This document shows, piece after piece, positions 20,671-33,965 of a stretch of 64,000 nt of DNA. The notes beneath the pieces are model-generated. The model made no database searches and was not told where the DNA came from. It saw only the letters and a program-made list of their open reading frames with translations. The first letter of the stretch is position 1. Each line of letters opens with the position of its first letter. A program made the position numbers and the translations under genes. This stretch comes from an uncultured delta proteobacterium. Lineage in GTDB: Bacteria > Desulfobacterota > Binatia > UBA9968. The DNA is taken from the NCBI GenBank assembly GCA_963840855.1, contig CAWJBB010000087.1:108235-172234 (forward strand), written 5' to 3'.

Positions 20671-23119
20671 ATGCCAGGCGAGCGATACCGCCATATTTTC
20701 TTACCTGGACCGACACTTACTCAAGGCTTCACTAATCCCCGCCGAGGAGGTGAAGGCCCGCGGATACCTGCCCGAGACCGTGGGCACATGGCATTCGATT
20801 ACAGAACGACTAGAAGCCTATGGCGTGAGGTTGAGTCGACGCAAGCCGTTGCCCATACGGAACGTCACGGGGTCTACATCGACTTCATCAGCGAACCTGG
20901 CTTCGATTTAGTGGTCAAAAGCCTCGAATCTATACGGATGGGAATCCGGCTCCTAAATGTTCGGAGACAGCAGGTTGAAGGGACACGAACAAACCTTAGC
21001 GACAGTCTACGTACCCCATAATCAGTGAGGTTACTTACTTAACAGGATCCCGGGCCTACGCGGAGGAGCAAACGAGACGGCAACCTAAAAACGCAACGTT
21101 GATCAATAGCATCTCGGACATTCGTCGTTCTGTATTGGAGTCTTTTTGGCAGGACGGATAATTTCTTACCTGATGATGATCCGCAATGGATCGAAGTGTG
21201 GTTGAGTAGCGATCAGGACTCAGTCGTTGACCGTTTCGGTGAGTTGGTGCGCCAGCAAAACATTGAACGGGCAGAAGGGGTATTAAGATTTCCTGAACGG
21301 TCGGTCCGAGTAATCCAAGCCGACCGTCACAAATAGAATTTCTAATTGAATGTCTGACGACATCGCGGAATTCCGACTTGGCCAAAGAGGTCGACTTCGG
21401 TCTTTATACAAATGGAGAACCGGGATCAACTCGAAAAGGTTCAGGAACTCTCTGGCCCGTACGCAATTTGAAGGGAACGGAAAGTCGACCGTGACAATTC
21501 TCGACTCCGGTATTAACAACGGGCATCTACTAATCCAGCCAGTGCTTGCTAGTGAGGATCTGCACACCGTGAAGGCCGAATGGGGTACGGAAGACCACGG
21601 CGGGCATGGTACCCTTATGGCCGGGACGGTCGCTTACGGTGACTCTTGAGGCGCTCAATTAGGTAGTACGATTCGGATATCGCATCGCTTGGAATCGGGA
21701 AAAATCCTACCACCACAAGGACGGAATCCAGAAAGATATGGGGATACGCAACGGCTCAAGGAATCAGCAGAGCAGAAATTCAGGCTCCCTATCGCCGGCG
21801 TGTAGTCTGTCTTGGCGGATAGCTGCTACCGACTTTCGGGACCGTGGTCGTCCTTCTTCGTGGTCTGGTCAATATCGATGAATTAGCGTCGGGGTACAAT
21901 GATAATCTTCAAAGGCTCTTCATCGTTAGTGCAGGGAACGTGAGGGAGGAGAGGAATTCGAAAGATATCCGCAATCGAACATCGACCAATGAGATACACG
22001 GATCCCGGACAATCGTGGAACGCTATTACCGTCGGCGCTTACACGGAAAAGATTCGCATAGTCGGACCAACAATGGGCGGTTACACGCCGATTGCGTCCG
22101 GAGGGCGGGCTCTACCTATAGTACGACGTCCAGCACTTGGTCTTCTCGGCCTCTGGCCTATTAAGCCGGATGTTGTTCTGGAAGGCGGGAATGTAGCACG
22201 CGGTCCAAACGATTCTGTCTTTAATAGCGATGATTTAGCCTGCTGTCCACGTATCGCGATCCGCAAGTGGCGCAATTCGCTCGGTTTGAAGCGACCAGTG
22301 CAGCCGCTGCCCCGGCAGCATGGATCGGCGCACAAATACAAGTCCAATATCCCGAGGCATGGCCGGAAACCATTCGTGCCCTAATAATTCACACTGCGGA
22401 ATGAACTGACACAATGACGGAACAGATTCTTGACGGGACGAGAGCAAAGTTTCGTAGGCTAGGCTGCTTCGTGTCTGCGGCTATGGCGTGCCGAACCTTG
22501 AACGCGCCTTATATTGTGCGGCCAACTCGCTTACGCTGATTTCGCAAGCTGAGCTACAGCCGTACGATAGAAGAGACGGGCGCTGGGTGACACGGGACAT
22601 GCATCTCTATACGCTGCCTTGGCCGACAGAGTGCTGCGGGATCAACTGTCCGAGACGAGTATAAAAATGCGGATTACCCTTTCGTACTTTATAGAACCTG
22701 GACCGGGAAGAAGTCGGATGGAACGACCGTATCGCTACCCATCTCATGCGCTCCGGTTCGCTCTAAATGGTCCCGGTGAATCGGAAAACGATTTCATCCG
22801 CCGAGTAAACAAGCAGGCCCGCGACGATGGTCAACATCCGGGTACGGAAGGTCCTGGCCAACGGTGGGTCATAGGCGACGCACGAAATGTGGGATCCGTC
22901 CACTCTGACACCTGGCAGGGTCGGGGGGCCGAGCTTATGCGTCGAATTTAGTTGCAGTCTATCCTGCGGCCGGCTGGTGGCGCGAGCGACATAGTCTTGG
23001 CCGGTGGAATAAACATGCCGGTACTCTCTGATGTGTCCATTTTGCTTCCTCCGATTGATGTCGATATCTATACGCCAGTTTCCATTCAGGTGGGCATAGC
23101 AATACCGATCCCAGTTTAA
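20671..23119 (+). CDS. S8 subtilase-family protease, IetS-like, copy 1 (frameshifted)
   Basis: Triad ILDSG / HGTLMAG / ATSAA; SAGN; IKPDVVLEGGN; WPETIRAL; LSYFIEP. Confidence 0.85.
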
Positions 23120-23258
23120 TGAGAAGAACAAATATTCGGTTCCCGTGATGTGCGCCCTCCCGATAAAGATGTATTCTCTTCTCGTTTGATTGCGTATAAA
23201 GCAATTAGCCCACAATGGAGTCACTGATGACCCAGAAAGCCAACTTGGTTGAGTCGAG

Positions 23259-26200
23259 ATGATCACCGACATCAATAGCGAAGATCGGCTGGTCCAAAAG
23301 ACGTTTGCCGACCATTTACATGATGTTCTCGGATAGGACAGCGTCTACGCATACAACGACGAAACCTTCGGACCGGCCGGCACACTGGGACGGGCCAGCC
23401 AGCGAGAGGCCGTGCTTTTGCGCGATCTGAGAGCGGCCCTTGAAAAGCTCAATTCGGGATTGCCGCAAAGCGCGCGCGAGCAGGCCATCGAAAAACTCAC
23501 GCGCGTGGACTTTTCGCGCTCGCTGCTGCAACACAACCGGGAGTTCTATAGCTATGTTTGCCTGGGCGTGCCCGTGGAGTGGCGCAATGAAAAGGGCGAG
23601 ACTCCAGCGTGTGCGCGCGCAGGTGATCGACTATCGCAACGAGTCGAATAATCGGTTTCTCGCCGTGCGCGAGCTCAAGATTCAAGGTACTAGGGTACCG
23701 CACTACAACCGCCGGGCCGAGCCTCGTTTGTTTCGTTAACGGATTGCCGCTGGTCTTCATCGAACTGAAAGCAGTTTATCTTAACATCCGCGCGGGGTTC
23801 GACAATAATCTGACGGATTACCTGCACGAGCACAGCATCGCACACGCCTTCCATCACAACACGTTTATGGTGGTGAGCAATGGCGACCGGGCTCGACTTA
23901 TGGGTCCATCACCAGCCAGTGGGAGCACTTTGCTGAGTGGAAGCGTAACGACGAGAAAGACAACGGACAACTTGACGCGGAATATTTGCTCAATGGCATG
24001 CTCGCCAAGGAGAAGCTGCTCGACATCGTCAGAATTAATTTTCTTTGATGACAGCAAACCGGGCGGGACACGGAAAATCGTCGCTCGGAATCACCAGGTG
24101 TTGGGGGTGAACAATGCCGTAGCCGCGGTTAGCCGCCAGGAAGAGTTGGAAAAACGGTACCCGCTGGAGCAGCGGCTTCTTTCGTACACTGTTGCGAGAG
24201 CTCCGTTGCCCTTGGCGGCGGATCCACATGAAGTACCTTCAAAGAGATTGAGCGCTTCGTCGTCGAGGACGATAGGGACGAGGATCTGCCGCTAGTTAAA
24301 AGAGCCCACCCTGATCTGGGCCGGCTTGGTGTTTTCTGGCATACGCAGGGAAGCGGAAAGTCCTATTCAATGGCCTTTTTCGTGGAAGATGTGGCGTTTC
24401 GTGCCGGGGAACTTCACGTTCGTCATCATGACCGACCGCGAAGATTTAGACGATCAAATTTACCGCACCTTCGTCGGGTGCGGCGTGGCGGACGACAAAA
24501 CGCCGCGGGCGAAGTGGGCGAGGACCTTCAATCACTACTAGGTGAGAACCACCGGTTCGTATTCAGCCTGATCCATAAGTTCAACCAGAATGTTAGGCGC
24601 CCTACAGTGAGCGGACGATATCATCGTGATCTCCGACGAGGCTCATCGCACTCAAGGCGGTAAGTTCGCACGCAATATGCGGCTGGCATTGCCGAACGCT
24701 TCGTTTATCGGATTCACCGGTACGCCGCTCTTTAAATACGATCACCTCACCCGGCGTATCTTCGGCGGTTACGTCTCGCGCTACGACTTTAAACGATCTG
24801 AAGAGGACCATTCGACGGTTCGCCTCGTATACGAGAACCGGGGCGAAAAGCTTGGCATCGTGCGACTCGATCTCAACGACCGCATCGCGTCGAAGATCGA
24901 GGAAGCCGAACTCGACCCGGACCAGACGGCACTGTTGGAAAAGCTCCTCGGCAAAGACTACGAAGTGATCACTGCGGACGACCGACTGGACAAACTGGCC
25001 GAAGACTTCGTCGAACACTGTGCGACGCGCTGGGAAGCCGGCAAGTCGATGCTCGTATGCATCGACAAGATCACGTGCGGTCGTATGTTGCAGCGCATCG
25101 AGTCACGATGGAACGCAAGATTATCGCTGGTGAAAGCTCAGATCCTAGGAGCCGAGGCGCAACTTGCGACGGCGACTGACTCGGATGAGACAGAACGACT
25201 CAGCAACAGAATAATGACGTTTCGTGGTCAGGCGGAGTGGATGGAATCGACCATCATCGAAATCATTATAAGTGAAGCACAGAACGAGATTCAAGATTTC
25301 AAGAAATGGGACTTGGACATCATTTCGCACCGCGTTGTCATGAAGAAGGGCTTTGAAACACCCGATGGGAAACGAGTTGCCGTGGATGATGCCTTTAAAG
25401 ATCCGCAGCATCCGTTCCGCATTGCGATTATATGTGCCATGTGGCTGACTGGCTTTGATGTAGAGTGCCTGTCCACGCTTTACATCGACAAACCGATGAA
25501 GGCCCATACGCTCATGCAAGCGATCGCGCGCGCGAACCGTGTCTACCCCGGCAAGGACTGCGGTGTCATCGTGGACTATAATGGCATGCTCAAAAGCTTG
25601 CGCGAGGCGCTCGCCCAATATGCGCTAGGGGATGAAGACGACGGAGGCGACACCGGCGATATTGTGGAGCCGATTGAAGAGTTGGTTAAGTCCCTCGTAC
25701 AAGCCATCGAAGCGGCGGAGAATCATCTCAAACAGCTCGGTTTCGAACCCTCACGATTGCGAGGTGCAAAAGGGTTTCAGCGGATCCAGGCGATGCGTGA
25801 TGCGGTTGACGCATACTATGTTTCCGAGGACGCCAAGCGGCGCTTTGAAATCATGGCACGGCAGGTCTTTGCTCGATTCAAAGCTCTGCTGATGGAGCCC
25901 AGTTCGTATGCGTACGTGGAACGGCACGACAATATCGAGACAATCTATAAAAAGCTCGAAGAGAAACGAGACACGGCGGATGTCACCGAAGTGCTCAAGG
26001 AACTGCACAAGATCGTCAACGAGGCAATTCGCGCGCAAGAGCCTGGAGACGATCACGCGGAGGGCCTCACGGTTGATTTGAGCCAGATTGACTTTGAGAG
26101 GCTGCGCCAGGAGTTTGCCAAACGTGTGACCCACAAGCGCGCTGCCTTGCAAGATATTCGTGATGTTATCGAGGCGAAGTTGCAGCAAATGCTCGATCGC

Positions 26201-26674
26201 AATCCGATGCAGATGGATTACTACAGAAAATATTTGGAAATAGTCGCGGAATACAATCGAGAGAAAGATCGAGTTACGGTGGAACAAACGTTCGCCGAAC
26301 TGGATTACCGTGGCGAACAGTTTCGACGCCGAACAACGACGCGCCGCTGAAGAAGGCTTGAGCGATGATGAGTATGTGCTATTCCAGATTGCTGTTCAAA
26401 GACAACATAAGCAAAGTCGACCGGGAGAAGCTCAAACAGGCAAGTAAATCCCTGCTGACATCGCTGAGGGATGTCATGCAGCGTATGCCCGCGTGGACTA
26501 AGAACTCCCAGACCCAAGCGGAGGTCAAGGTCCTTGTATTGGATACCCTTTGGCAGAGCTTGCCCAGGCCTGGTTTCTGACCAGGAAGCTGAGCAATTAG
26601 CGGACCGCGTCTATGACTATGTGTGGCAACGTAGCACAAGCGGGGCATCGTGGGGCGCGGAAGTTGGCGCCTAA
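23259..26674 (+). CDS. hsdR: Type I R-M restriction subunit, frameshifted
   Basis: LVFIELK, WHTQGSGKS, DEAHRTQ, FTGTP, WLTGFD, QAIARANR. Confidence 0.9.
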
Positions 26675-26742
26675 TCGAATCGGCAATGCAGACGCTGTAG
26701 ATCGAGATCGTGGGCTACTCATGACGCAGTTCGTGACCGATC

Positions 26743-28000
26743 CTAGTTCATGGCTGCCATTCGGATTCTCCACGGCCGGATCAAAAACAAAACCAGTAAA
26801 GTCGCGAACGTTAGCAGACTCAGCAAAATCCACAAAACCATCTCGTAACTTTCGGTCCGGTCGTAAATCACCCCGGCCATTAAGGTCCGGCAAAGCTTCC
26901 CCACATATAGAAGAAACTCATCATGCCTCTGATCGTGGCGAAATGGCGCCGGCCAAAAAAATCCCCACCGTGGCCCAGATGATGGGGAACGACGCATCCA
27001 GAAAAGTGAACGTAGTCGTGAACAGCAAGAGTTGCCAGTAACCGAGTCACGAAAAGCGGCGGCAGAGAAAGCGCCGGAAGAAGTGGCAAGCGGCCAAGAG
27101 TTTCGGCTTGTTCACCCGGTCGGCGATCCAACCGAGCAGGAAATGCGCCAGCAAATTGATAGATGCAAAAGCGCCGAGAAGGGTCGCGGCAGCGCCTTCG
27201 GATAGACCCTTCCAAACCATCAACGGAATAAAATGGACCGTCGCGGTGCTGTAGCAGGTCACGCGCGCGGTCATCGAAATAACCAGCAGCCAGAAAACCC
27301 AAGTTTTCATCGCCTCGACGACTGGTGAAATCGACAATTGAATTGCTGCCCGCCGCTTTGTCTGCGCTGGAAGTTGCTGTTGCCTCGATTGGTGCAATTT
27401 CACCGTCAGGCAATAGCCCCATGCTTTCCGGCGAGCGCTTCAACTGAAAACTCAAAGGCAAGCAGACGAGCAAGAAGATGCAGCCCGAAGCAAAAGCAGC
27501 CCAGCGCCAACCCATGGAAGCTGCCGATGGCTAACAATGGAGAGATCAGCGCTCCGCCAATGGGCACCGCGGCGCTCACGACGGTCATGGCGGGCGCGCG
27601 TTGACGAATAAACCAACTATTGGCGACCACCATCGGCGAGTGGACGAAGCCGGCAACGAACGCAAGGCAGATCACGCCGAGGTACACGACCATAAAGCCG
27701 GTGTAACTGGTCACCCAGGAAAGTAGGATGTAGCCGACTCCGGCAAGAAAAACCGCCGTAACGATGATTGGCCGCGGGCCGTAACGGTCGATGAGATAGC
27801 CGACGAGCGGCGCTTCTATCGCCCCTTGCGCGCGCGACAGAGAAAACGCCAAAGACGTTGCCGCCCGGCTGATGCCGAGATCCTGGCTGATCGGGAGAAA
27901 GAAAACCGTGAAGCCAAACTGATGCAGCCCGCCGCCGACGATGCGAATGGCCGATACCAATCCCACCATGTGCCAGCCATAAAAAATGGGGAAAAAATTG
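26743..28000 (-). CDS. MFS transporter (frameshifted; start uncertain)
   Basis: FYGW..V, GYLIDRYGPR, GWIADR MFS motifs; many hydrophobic helices. Confidence 0.85.
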
Positions 28001-28123
28001 GGAAAACTCTTGAAATTGATGGCGGCGCGGGAAAGTTACAGCGCCGACGTTATGTGAAGAAAAGGATCAGGGGCAAGGGCAAGTCGAAGCGGAAGAGAGG
28101 TGAAGGCTGAGAGAAAAAAGCTG

Positions 28124-28187
<64 letters not shown>

Positions 28188-28296
28188 GCTCGTCGCGAGT
28201 AAGTTGCAAGGTAGACAGAGATGGAGGACGAGAGAAAACCGACCGCTCGTCACGACTATTTCTTTGTAAAGGAAGAAAGTCCCCGCCGCTGGCTGC

Positions 28297-29132
28297 TTAC
28301 GCCTGCATCCACTGTACTTCGTAGACTCTGACGGAGCGATCGAAACCTTTTGGCGTTACTTCGCCTAAATCCGAGAACGGCAACTGTTTGCCCTGACCAT
28401 CGGTCCAGCACTGCCTGATCAATTAGAATCCGCGCAGGTTCAGCGTGCGCACAAAGGCGCGCCGCCAATTGGACTGCCTTGCCAAAAAGATCGCCATGTT
28501 CCTCAATAGGCTCGCCGGCGCTCAGCCCAATGCGTAAATACAGCGGCGTCTCCGGGTGTTCCAGATTATACGCAGTAAACGCCTTCTGGATGACAATCGC
28601 ACACTCCACCGCATCCGGTACCGAGGCAAAGGAGGCCATGATTCCGTCGCCTGTGTGCTTGATCTCGCGTCCTTGGTGAGCGTTGAGCGAGTTGCGGGTC
28701 AGCGCATTGTGGACATGAAGCAGATGGAGAGCCTTGGCGTCTCCATATATGTGGTCATCAGCGTCGAATCTTTCAAATCCGTGAACATGATGGCGCGGAA
28801 ACCCGAATCAATGGAAATCTCCCCGGTCTTTCCTGGTGACGCATCCATAGGCGGAGGATCCTTGATCCGACCCAAAAACGCGTCCACCACGGCGGGATCG
28901 ACCTCAAGAACTTCGTTGGGGACGAACCGTGAGCTTCGTCGTGGGCGCGCTCAATAGTTTCTCGATTGGGCGCCTCGATGAGGCAAAACGCGGTACAGCG
29001 CATCTCATCAAACCAGTAGGTCAAAAACTTGACGTGATATTTCTCCTGAAGCGCCAGATCCTTCTGGTGCGCATCTGCGATGGCGTGCCGAGTCGCGCCT
29101 TCGATGTAATGGCGATCCATGTAAACAGGCAT
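28297..29132 (-). CDS. DUF4242-like N-terminal domain + class III adenylate/guanylate cyclase (frameshifted)
   Basis: MPVYMDRH..AHQKDL; IMFTDL, KHTGDGIMASF, RIGLSAGEP, DLFG.AVQLAARL, KGF. Confidence 0.85.
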
Positions 29133-29219
29133 GTTTGGTCCTCTTGCGCTAGAAACCGCGCCTCCGAAGTCCTGTCAAGTTGGCTGCAAGGTTCGCTTCG
29201 GAGACGCGAGCTTCTTAAG

Positions 29220-29683
29220 AAGTCTTTGACCGCAGCTTCAGCCACAACTTGCCGCACGTACGCTCGCTGCCGCTGTTCGCCTTTCGCGACCTCGTGGCTC
29301 ACAAAATTCCCGAACGCTTCCCGGAACTGCGGTTTGGCTTCATCGAGGCGTCGGCCTCCTGGGTACCCTACGTGCTACACCACCTCGAACGGTCCAGCGG
29401 CGCCAAACTCAACGCTGGCGGCGACGCCGATGCAGCCATGGAGTGGGGCCCGAAGCTATTCAGCGACTACCGGCTCTACATTGCCGCCGAGGCGGACGAA
29501 GACCTGGCCTATCTCCTGACTCACATTGGCGAAGACAACATGATCATGGGCTCGGATTACGGCCACCAGGATCAATCCAAAGAAGATGGTATGGTGGGTG
29601 TGATGCGGCGCAAGAAAAGCATATCGCCGGCGGTGATCGAAAAAATTCTCTGCGACAACCCGCGTCGCTTCTACGGACTTTGA
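29220..29683 (+). pseudogene. Amidohydrolase_2 family, 3' part only
   Basis: ERFPELRFGFIEA.ASW, MGSDYGH.D, ILCDNPRRFYGL; no room for the 5' half. Confidence 0.75.
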
Positions 29684-29699
29684 CGATCATGAGACGTCA

Positions 29700-31290
29700 G
29701 CTTACCCCGACTCCGTCCGGAAATATCAAGACCAAAGACTTGATAATGTCCTGGCGGGCTCTCCGAGAAGCACTAAGGTTGGCGATGAGCCAACCCCAAA
29801 ACTTTCTCATAAGGAGGAGACGAAGATGAAACTGTGTGGTGCCATCGACTTGCACTCCAACAACAATGTCACGGTGCTGAGCAACGAAAAAGATGAGGTC
29901 GTTTACCGAAAGCGTTTGCCCAACGATCTCAAGTTAATCCTCGGCCAGCTCGCCCCCTATCAATCGGAGATCGCAGGGATCGTAGTGGAGTCAACGTACA
30001 ATTGGTCTTGGCTGGTCGATGGATTGATGGAGCAGGGCTATCGAGTGCACCTGGCCAACACCGCGGCAATCCAACAATACGATGGGCTGCGTACACCGAC
30101 GATCGTTCGGACGCGCGTTGGTTGGCACACCTCCTGAGATTCGAAGTCTTACCCGAAGGATATATCTATCCGAGAGAACATCGGCCCGTACGGGATCTAT
30201 TGCGCAAGCGCGGCCAGGTGGTACGGCAAAGGACAGGGAACCTGTTAAGCATTCAGGATCTGGATACCCGGAACCCGGCAATTGGCTGCGCGCCAACCAG
30301 ATCGAAGGACTGCAGGTCGAGGACATCGAGGGTAGCGTAGCGGCAAGGGATCTCGCCTTAGCGATAAGGCCAACCTTTCGGTGATGCACAGTGCCGATGA
30401 ACAGTTCCAGATCCTGGAGCAGACCGTCAGCGAAAGAGTCAAACTGTGAGCCGAGTTCAGGTCTCTAAAGATCGTCCCGGGGATCGGGCAGATCCTAGCG
30501 CTCGCGATAATGCTGGAGGCCGGGGAGATCAGGAGATTTCCCAGTGTCGGGAACTTCGCTTCGTACTGTCGCTGTGTGGGCAGTCAGAAGATCGGCAATG
30601 GCAAGAAAAAAGGCAAGGGCAACACCAAGAACGGCAACAAGTAACTTCGCTGGGCGTTGTGGAGGCGGCGACTTTGCGATCCGGTTAACTCCGAAGATTA
30701 AGAGATTCTATCAGAGAAAGAAGTCAAAGACCTAAGGGATGGTGGCGATCAAGGCGGTGGCGCACAAGCTGTGCCGGGCCTGTTACTACATAATGAGAGA
30801 TCGGGTCGCGTTCCCTCGTCGACCAAAGCCTTCGGCCAGAATAAATTTAACGGTTCGGATGGGGCAGTGAGCTTGTAATCGGGTTGGCTCGGAACCACGA
30901 ATGTAATTCCTCGCTGCCCGTCCCTGAATTAGACAACTCGGTGGTATATGATCAGAGGGTACGCCCATGCCGTGAGCCAGAAAAGGGTTGGCCCTCCGAA
31001 CAGGGAGAACCACAGGATCTGTGAATCTCCAACCCTTGGACGCGGCATGGTACCGACAGTTTTCTGGGGCAAGTAAACTTGCCAGGGGCGGGGGGAGGAA
31101 CTCCTTATTGGGATCACTCCACAGCCTTGATCCTGATGGGTGACTGGTGCGGACCAACTGGTTCGACACCGATAGATTGAAAACAGGGGCGCGTTCTCAG
31201 AGATCACGGATCACGGAGTTGAAAAAAGGGAACAAGAAGAATTCCTATCGAAACGTCTGTGCTTCTTGACCTGCCTGCTAATGGGTGACC
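29700..31290 (+). mobile_element. IS110/IS1111-family element 1 (transposase about 29826-30850, frameshifted; ends approximate)
   Basis: AIDLHS, VESTYNW, TDDRSDA (DEDD); VPGIG, FASYCRC, KNGNK; ~420-nt 3' non-coding end. Confidence 0.85.
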
Positions 31291-31432
31291 TTATTCACAC
31301 ATTCACATAGCAGCGTCTTCGACCAGCCTGTCGACCCTTCTTGCTCTTGACTACCGCGGACAGGGAAAGGAGAATGCCCGCGCTGGAGCAAAGAGCCGGC
31401 AAAATATCTTCTCATGAGCTGAGGGAACGGGT

Positions 31433-32623
31433 ATGAGGGACAACATGCGCGGCGCGGCCGCTATCGTCGGGATTGGCGAGCTGAAGCCAGAGCGGACGCG
31501 GCCGGGCCGCGATGCGATGAGCTTGCTGGCTGAGGCGGCGTATCTTGCGATTCAAGATGCTGGGCTGACAAAAGCGGACATCGACGGGATGATCCTGGAA
31601 GAGGGCATGACCCCGACCGGGAGCGGCTACAACCCGAAGATGGCCGAATACATGGGCATCTACCCAACTTTCGCCACCGGCTGTGATGCGCAAGGCGCGG
31701 CCGGAGTCACGATGGCGCTGCAGGCGGCTGCCTACATCAACGCGGGCTTGTGTGACTACGTGCTCTGCGGCATGAGTGCCGCGATAGACGGCTCGCGGCC
31801 CCGACGCCCAGCTGGGCCAGGTCACACGGAGACGGCTACCTCTGAGTTCTCCGCACCCTTCGGCCCAACCGTGGGGGCGAACGGCTGGTACGCCATGATT
31901 GCCAAGCGCTACGAGAAGCTGTACGGCGCTACCGTGGAGAAGCGCGCCAAGATCAGCGTGGACCTGCGCTACAACGCCAACCACAATCCGATGGCCATCT
32001 GGCACGACGTGCCGATTACGGTCGACGACGTGGTTAACTCGCGCATCGTGGCAGATCCACTTCATTTATTGGAATGCGTCATGCCCTGCGCCGGGGCTTG
32101 CGCGTTCATCGTGACCCGGGCGGACATCGCGCGAGGTATGCGCCATAAGCCAGCCTACGTGCTCGGCGGCGCCAACGGCGTGTCGCGCGGCAACCTCACG
32201 CACGTCGGCGAGATCACCATCTCCCCAGTGGGTCGGGCCGCGCGAAAAGCGTTCGCCATGTCGGGCTACGGCCCGTCCGATGTCCAGGTTATGGAGATTT
32301 ACGACTCATTCACCATCACCGTGATGTGTGAGCTGGAAGAGTCCGGCTTCTGCCCGAAGGGCACCGCTGGGGACTGGGTTCAGGAGCACGATTTGACCTT
32401 TAAAGGCGATAAGCCACTGAACACGCATGGCGGCCAGCTCTCCTATGGCCAGGCGTCAACCGCGGGTGGCTGTGCCCAGGTCACCGAGGCGGTGCGCCAG
32501 ATCCGTCGCGACGCCGGCGAGCACCAGGTACCGGGTCCTACCGATTTGGTCTACGTGACAGGCTCCGGCGGCACCTTCTCCCAGCAGTCGGCGCTGCTGC
32601 TAGCGAGCGGCGCAGCACTGTAG
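31433..32623 (+). CDS. SCP2/Ltp2-type thiolase-family protein
   Basis: AAIVGIGE, ADPLHLLEC, EIYDSFT, NTHGGQLS; paired with a DUF35 OB-fold gene. Confidence 0.9.
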   Translation: MRDNMRGAAAIVGIGELKPERTRPGRDAMSLLAEAAYLAIQDAGLTKADIDGMILEEGMTPTGSGYNPKMAEYMGIYPTFATGCDAQGAAGVTMALQAAAYINAGLCDYVLCGMSAAIDGSRPRRPAGPGHTETATSEFSAPFGPTVGANGWYAMIAKRYEKLYGATVEKRAKISVDLRYNANHNPMAIWHDVPITVDDVVNSRIVADPLHLLECVMPCAGACAFIVTRADIARGMRHKPAYVLGGANGVSRGNLTHVGEITISPVGRAARKAFAMSGYGPSDVQVMEIYDSFTITVMCELEESGFCPKGTAGDWVQEHDLTFKGDKPLNTHGGQLSYGQASTAGGCAQVTEAVRQIRRDAGEHQVPGPTDLVYVTGSGGTFSQQSALLLASGAAL

Positions 32624-33903
32624 GGCCGCACTCCTGTCATGCTCGAGGAGGAGAACCGTTATGGAAAATATCGCACTGGACGTTCACAAGACTACACATG
32701 GGCACGAGTAGAGAATACCAAAGGAGACCGCTTGTACGAGTGTCGATTGGCGCATGCTCATGGAACGATCAAGAACTTTGTTAAACGATGGAGTGCAGGA
32801 TCTCCTGTGGCCGTGGAGACGGTGGGGAACTGGTACTGGGTGGTCGATGAGATCGAAGCCGGAGGAGGAAAGCCGCAACTGGTCAACGCGCGGTTGGCGA
32901 AGCTGATGATGGGCAACGTCAACAAGAGCGACAAGCTGGATGCTAAAGGGATGAACCATCTGCAAAGAAACGGCACTTTGCCGACGGTGTGGATCCCGCC
33001 CTCTTCGGTTCGTGATGCCCGCGAGCTCCCACGCACCCGTATGGTGCTGAGCCGGCAGCGCACCCAACTTAAAAACCGCGTGCATGCCACGTTGGGCAAG
33101 TACGGATATGTCGTGGAGGAGGTCAGTGATGCCTTTGGCAAGCGCGGCCGTGAGATCGTTATGGAACTTTCCACTAAGCTTCCCTCTCATACCCAACAGG
33201 CTTTGCAACGCGTACTGAATCAACTGGATCACCTGGTCGAGAATCTCAAAGCGATCGAAGCCGAAATGATCAAGGTTTTTGTTCCCTGTCCCCAGACCAC
33301 CTGGCTCAAGACTCTGCCTGGAGTGGGCGAGATCCTGGCGGTGGTGATTTGGACCGAGCTCGGAACCATCGAGCGCTTCAGCCGTGCCGAGCAACTGGCG
33401 AGCTACTGCGGCTTGGTGGCGCGCGAGCACTCCAGCGGCGGCAAGATTCCGTTATGGGGCGGTGCGCCGCGACGTCAATGTGTATCTGAAGTGGGCCTTT
33501 GTCGAGGCGGCCAATAGCTCGATCCTTAATTGCGCGCGTTGTCAGTACAACCATATCAGCCAGCTTTACCAACGGATCAAAGCCCGCCGAGGTCACGGCA
33601 AGGCCAAGGTGGCGGTGGCGCGCCATCTTTCGGAAGCCAGTTTTTGGATGCTTAAGAAGGGAGAGCCCTATCGGGAACCGGTGTCGTCCACGCAACGCTA
33701 AGCGCGCGGAACCCATGGGTCCATCGAGACCCGTAACCTGATTGCGACAGCGTTGTGAAATAATATTCTGCCGCTTTAGACGGCGAATAGATGAGTCCGA
33801 TAACAACGGGTACGAGTTACGGATGACCGGGATAGGTTTGCTCAAGAACATTTTAGGAGTACTCGAAGCGAAAATTACAGCCACCTTGACAAAGCTTTCA
33901 TAG
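32624..33903 (+). mobile_element. IS110-family element 2 (transposase 32661-33701, frameshifted)
   Basis: IALDVHK, VETVGNW, KSDKLDA, LPGVG, SYCGL..EHSSGG; TAG at both junctions; TTGACA at the right end. Confidence 0.9.
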
Positions 33904-33965
33904 ATGAGCCCGCGGGCGAAGCATCCGTAAACCCGAAAAGCCCCAAACACGAAGGAGTCACCGAG

